A DNA stretch of 62,947 nucleotides, filler included, from Olpidium bornovanus S191 (lineage: Eukaryota; Fungi; Olpidiomycota), in the NCBI GenBank assembly GCA_017911155.1. It is 32 parts of 32 records of this genome, joined end to end, with 100 filler letters (N's around TTAATTAATTAA, not from the genome) between each part and the next. Parts side by side here need not be neighbours in the genome. Positions count along the whole stretch, not along the records: positions 57,741 to 59,498 come from JAEFCI010010047.1; positions 59,599 to 61,498 come from JAEFCI010003727.1; positions 61,599 to 62,947 come from JAEFCI010005758.1; 29 more parts are not named here. One strand, written 5' to 3'. This document shows positions 58,653 through 62,947 of the stretch, piece by piece. The notes beneath the pieces are model-generated. The model was not told the DNA's origin. It did not search any database and saw only the letters and a program-made list of their open reading frames with translations. The number at the start of each line of letters is the position of its first letter. Position 1 is the first letter of the stretch. A program made the translations under genes and the position numbers.

Positions 58653-59449
58653 CGCGAGGCGCACGCCCAAACCGATCCCGGGCGGGGTGGCGTGTGGGAA
58701 GGGGGCAAGTGTAGGGAAAAGGAGGGGAAGGAGGAGGGGGAGGTTCCGGGGGCCGCGCGCGATGCGGTTTCCGTTCAAAACTTTTTTTTTCTTGTTTCTT
58801 CCTGCTGCGAGGTGCTGCTGCCGCCTGCACGGGGGGAGGGAAGGCGTAGTAGGGAGGGGGTTGTCGGGGAGGGCGGGGTTAATTTTTTTTTTTTTGGTTG
58901 CGGCCGTTGTTTTAACGCGTTGTTTGGCTGCGAATTTTTTTCTGAATCGCGAATTTTTTTATTTACTTTCGTTTTTCGTCCCAACATAAAAAAAAAAAGC
59001 CTTGCGAGCGCAGCGAGGGGAGGAGGGGGAAAGGGGGCCAGCGTGGGGGAGGGAGGCAAGAGGGGCCGGGCGGGGACGTGTCCGCGTCCGCGACAGGACC
59101 CCACCCCGCCTGGGAAGGTGAGAGAAGGAGAGGGGTGATGAGCATTTTCCGTTCATCTTCCCACCTCCTCTTCCCCCGCCGGGACGACGTCCCGTTCTTT
59201 GAGGTAAAGAGGCGTGGCCTCGCCGCTGTTATCTACGTACACATGATTTACGCACGCTTTCGCGTCAAAGGGCCAGCCCGGCCGGTCTCTCTCCGCCCGC
59301 CTTCCTCTCCGTCCCGTTCGCCTGTCTCCCCCGCCTCTCTCCCGTCTCGCCCTCTCCCGTCTCTCCCCTTCGTTTCTCATCGGCTTTTTCCTTCCCTTCC
59401 GACCACACACTTCCCCCCCCCCCCTTCTACCCGCCCTGCCCGGAGGTTG

Positions 59450-59483
<34 letters not shown>

Positions 59484-60780
59484 AACACCCATTCCCCCNN
59501 NNNNNNNNNNNNNNNNNNNNNNNNNNNNNNNNNNNNNNNNNNTTAATTAATTAANNNNNNNNNNNNNNNNNNNNNNNNNNNNNNNNNNNNNNNNNNNNCA
59601 TGTTTTTTACAATGATATCCGGTAATGCTCCGAAACAGGCTGTACCCAGGTAGAGAAGGGTGACCAACGGGCCGACAAGGTACCGGCTGAACTTCATCGT
59701 CAAGAAGATACAGCCCTAGCAGCGCCCGCTGTATCGTGTAACTTATGTCCAATTTATCGGTATGCTTGCAGTCTCGGTATCGACCCGCTCGCGGTCCTGT
59801 TGCCGGTCTGCCCGTAGTCTTGTTGTTGACCTCCCTGCAGTCTTGTTGTCGACCCGCTTGCGGTCTTGTTGTTGTGCGAGTGACACGTTCGTCCTCGCCC
59901 GGTCGTCGCCGGTGTCGTCTCGTTCCCTGGTCGAGAATCGCGTCGCGGGAGGTTCCGCTCCTGGTAAACTGCGGGCGGTATAAGCGGTTTCTTCGGTAAG
60001 AAAGTTTACGACTGCTGAACGCGATGGCACCCGGAAAAGATATACTGACACGCACCCTGGCAACACGACTTTGTCGAACACTGTCCGATGACGACCGCGG
60101 CGTGCGGTGAGCGGACCGTCAAATGGATGTTGTTCTACCCGTACGGAGACTGTTTTCCGTTCTTGTCCGTGGAGAAAAATCAAAACGAAGCAGGCTCCCA
60201 AACTGCCGGGGAGATGGGGGGGGGTGCCCCCTGTTGGATTCCGACTCCAAAGAAGAAGAGAAGTTGGCGAGGAGCTGTTCTACTCAGGATATTTTGCCCT
60301 CTTTTATAGAGCGCAGTTCAGCCGGTGGACCTTATCTTTTTTTCGTGGGCGCGGTGTCCTCTTCCCCTAAACCCCCCTTTTTTGGGGGGGCTTGGACGCT
60401 TCGGTTGCGACACCACTGACCCACACCCCCCCCCGGTTAGGGATTTTTTTTTTTTTTTCGGGTTTTATCGGGCGAAGAAAATAAAACAACCAACTGCAAC
60501 GCCGCACGCCCGGTTCTTCGTGCGGCGGTATCTGTACCGTCCTATCCAAACCTACCACTTTCTAAATAAATCCACCGGTGTTCGAAGGGAGAAATGAGTA
60601 CCCCGGTAGTCCCTTTGGCACTGGATATATTTGGAAAATGGTAGGTCTGGCTATGATAAATCTGTATATCGCCCTTCGAACATAAATTTGGTTTTTTTAT
60701 CCTCTTCGCTCCCGTCTGTAGGAAATAAAAGGGGAAACACAAAGGGGGAAAGCGACCGCGCACCGCGCACACCAAGCCCC

Positions 60781-61498
60781 TGTTGCCCCCTTGTAGAATC
60801 CCTAGTTCCCCGTCATATAAAATAGGCCTAGGCGAGATAGCGACGCCACGTTCTGAATACAGTTCTTTCCTGCCTCCGCGCTCGCGCCGGCTTCCCTTGT
60901 TCTCTCCTTCTCCTATCTTCCCTTCGGCTCCCGGCTCGATCTGCGGCTCCAAAATTACAACACCGTCCCCCCCCCCCTCCGTCTACTCCAAACGTCCATC
61001 TACTGGGCCACCCGACCTTCCCAGTGTGGGAAGCACTTCGCGCAGCTCCGCCCTTCTTCCCCCATCCCGCCCCCCCTTCAAGTTTTGTTCCACTTGATGG
61101 ACGTTTCGAGGAGGGGCGAAACCGTCAAAAACGAAAGGGAAAAAAGAACAAAAGGTCTAATGGAAAAGAAGCTACATTGGAGTCTATGAAGCATCTTTTA
61201 AAGACTCACTTCGCTCACGAATACCAAAGCCTGGAATCTGTCAGGAAACTGAGAAATCTTCGTCAGACAGGATTGGTCCAAGAGTATACCTTGCAATTTA
61301 ATGCTTTGACTGCCCTCATTGATGGAGGAGTTGGAAAAGAAAGTTTATTTCTCCAATACATCGATAACCTTTCCGACCATGTCCGAAGGGCAATTACAGC
61401 TCTTCCGGCCAATGTCACTGACTTGACAGCCTGTCAGGAAGCTGCCTTACGCTATGATGCCTTGATGCGGGCCACCAACAATCAGCCAAAGGCATCCG
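60781..61498 (+). mobile_element. LTR-like segment (60781-60962, TGTTG...CAACA) followed by a Ty3/Gypsy-type gag fragment
   Basis: Terminal inverted repeats and CATATAAAA are present. Gag: LESMKHLLKTHFAHEYQSLESVRKLRNLRQTGLVQEYTLQFNAL...LFLQYIDNLSDHVRRAI. Confidence 0.8.
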
Positions 61499-61623
61499 NN
61501 NNNNNNNNNNNNNNNNNNNNNNNNNNNNNNNNNNNNNNNNNNTTAATTAATTAANNNNNNNNNNNNNNNNNNNNNNNNNNNNNNNNNNNNNNNNNNNNCC
61601 CCCCCCCCCCCCCCAAATTCCCC

Positions 61624-61686
<63 letters not shown>

Positions 61687-62136
61687 CAAGGACCGACACC
61701 GGGCCGAAAACCCCTTCCAAACATCTACTATTCCCGCACCCGAGTCGCGCTTCGATCTTTTTCGGCGCCGGTTGTAGTTCTTTCCTTTCCACGGGGTGTT
61801 TGCATATTGCTGCGCAGACGCCGTTAGGAAAAAGCCAGGCGGATTGAACGGGCGAGGGGAGGTGCCGGGAGGGGGAAGAGGGGGGGGGGGGAAGGGAAAC
61901 GGAAGTAGCCTATATAAACACCTCGGCGGAGAACGAGAAGGCAAGGCAATTCCAGGAAGCTATATGCGGCTGAGGAGCAGAAAGGAAACCAACACGCTTA
62001 ATCCGGAGGTTAGAAGGTGAACAAACAAAAAAAAAGGAGAGGGCGAGCCGAAGGAATGCTCCGGGTGGAGGACGAACGGCGGGGGGGGGGGGAAGGGGAA
62101 GGAGACAGAAAAACCAAAAAAAATTTCGGAATTTCT

Positions 62137-62782
62137 TTATGTGGGAACGAAACTGGGCGCATTGGCATCCAGCGGTCTTCCCACCACGTCGCGGAGACCC
62201 CGGGACGGAGACCCATCTGCGGCAGCGGGGGCAGTGGCCGTGACGGCGGACGTCAGCGGCGAAGCGCCGCGCGCGGCAGAAGACGCCGCCGGCGTTGCCG
62301 ACACCACGACCAGCTGCGGCGAGTTTCCGGACGACGAAGGGTTCGAAGGCAGCGGCAGGTTGAAGGGGGCCGCTGACGCGTTTAGCTTTGTTGAAGTGGC
62401 CGGCGCGGAACCGGTAGACGGGCCGACCTCGGAGTCGCCGTCAGGCTGCTGCGGTCGCCGCGCAGCGAAGTTGTTGGCCAAGTCGGGTCCCCGAGGCTGG
62501 CGGACGGGACCGAAGGTCGGCTGCGCCGAGTCCGGATTCCTGCGGTCGCGTGGATAAACGCGATGGAAACCGGGCAAGGGCCAGGCGGTTGGACGTTATC
62601 TAGACGTTCCTCCTCTTTCGCGTACTTTCCGCTTTGCGGCAGAGGACGTTGCAGCGAGAAACATACTTGAAGATAGGCCGATTCATGGGAGATCGCGACA
62701 AAGCCGAAACTCCGGACTGTCCGGAACCTTCGGAAGCGGCGATCAACTTGGATGCATCCACGGCCCTTCCAGGCCTGGGAAT
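62137..62782 (-). CDS. C-terminal disordered tail of a probable RNA-binding protein with SUZ-C-like and PAM2-like motifs (last two exons)
   Basis: Spliced ...MNRPIFK|NPDSAQPTFGPVRQPRGPDLANNFAARR...STKLNASAAPFNLP...PLDANAPSFVPT*. Confidence 0.55.
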
Positions 62783-62947
62783 CTGCAAACAGGGTCACGC
62801 GTCAACGGATCGCTGTTCCGGCAAAAAGTGCGAAGGGGGCCACGCGCACGGGAAACAAAAAAAAGTGAAAACGGGAACAAGGCCGGAACGAATAATCAAC
62901 CTGTATGCCAGCTCCGCGCTTTTCGTTCCGCGGTCTGACGCGCATGA

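Noticed and set aside
59781-59875. ~23-nt imperfect repeats and the surrounding intronless ORF-like sequence as part of a retroelement
   Set aside because: The repeat is real, but no RT, integrase, protease or recombinase motif could be recognised.

Overview
This is not a continuous locus. It is 32 short contigs (about 1-4 kb) joined by 31 identical 100-nt artificial spacers (N44-TTAATTAATTAA-N44), so neighbouring genes on different contigs imply nothing about linkage. The DNA is eukaryotic, GC-rich and intron-dense (GT-AG introns, several micro-exons), so the ORF track fragments or misses most genes. Gene models below were rebuilt by hand across splice sites. Family calls come from recalled sequence motifs, not database searches. 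The content points to a flagellated, early-diverging fungus. Fungal-type genes are the myosin-I acidic tail, a Whi3/Scw1-type RRM, STR2, IML2, BOS1, IMG2 and a GPI-type GH32. Alongside them are genes absent from yeasts: CEP78, NELF-B/COBRA1, AIP-like FKBP-TPR, PrimPol-like AEP and a C-type-lectin-like protein. An Olpidium-like zoosporic root parasite is my guess, unverified. Decayed Ty1/Copia and Ty3/Gypsy fragments lie on at least 8 contigs. No rRNA, tRNA, CRISPR or prokaryotic operon was seen, and no multi-gene system can be supported. The best leads are (i) an LTR element pairing a Copia-type half-tRNA primer site with a Ty3/Gypsy-type Gag, (ii) NELF-B, a divergent PrimPol and AIP in a fungus, (iii) a GPI-anchored invertase and Thr-rich lectin/mucin surface proteins, and (iv) a GW-rich coiled-coil protein. 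A strong technical signal is that 26 of 64 contig ends fall at CATG.
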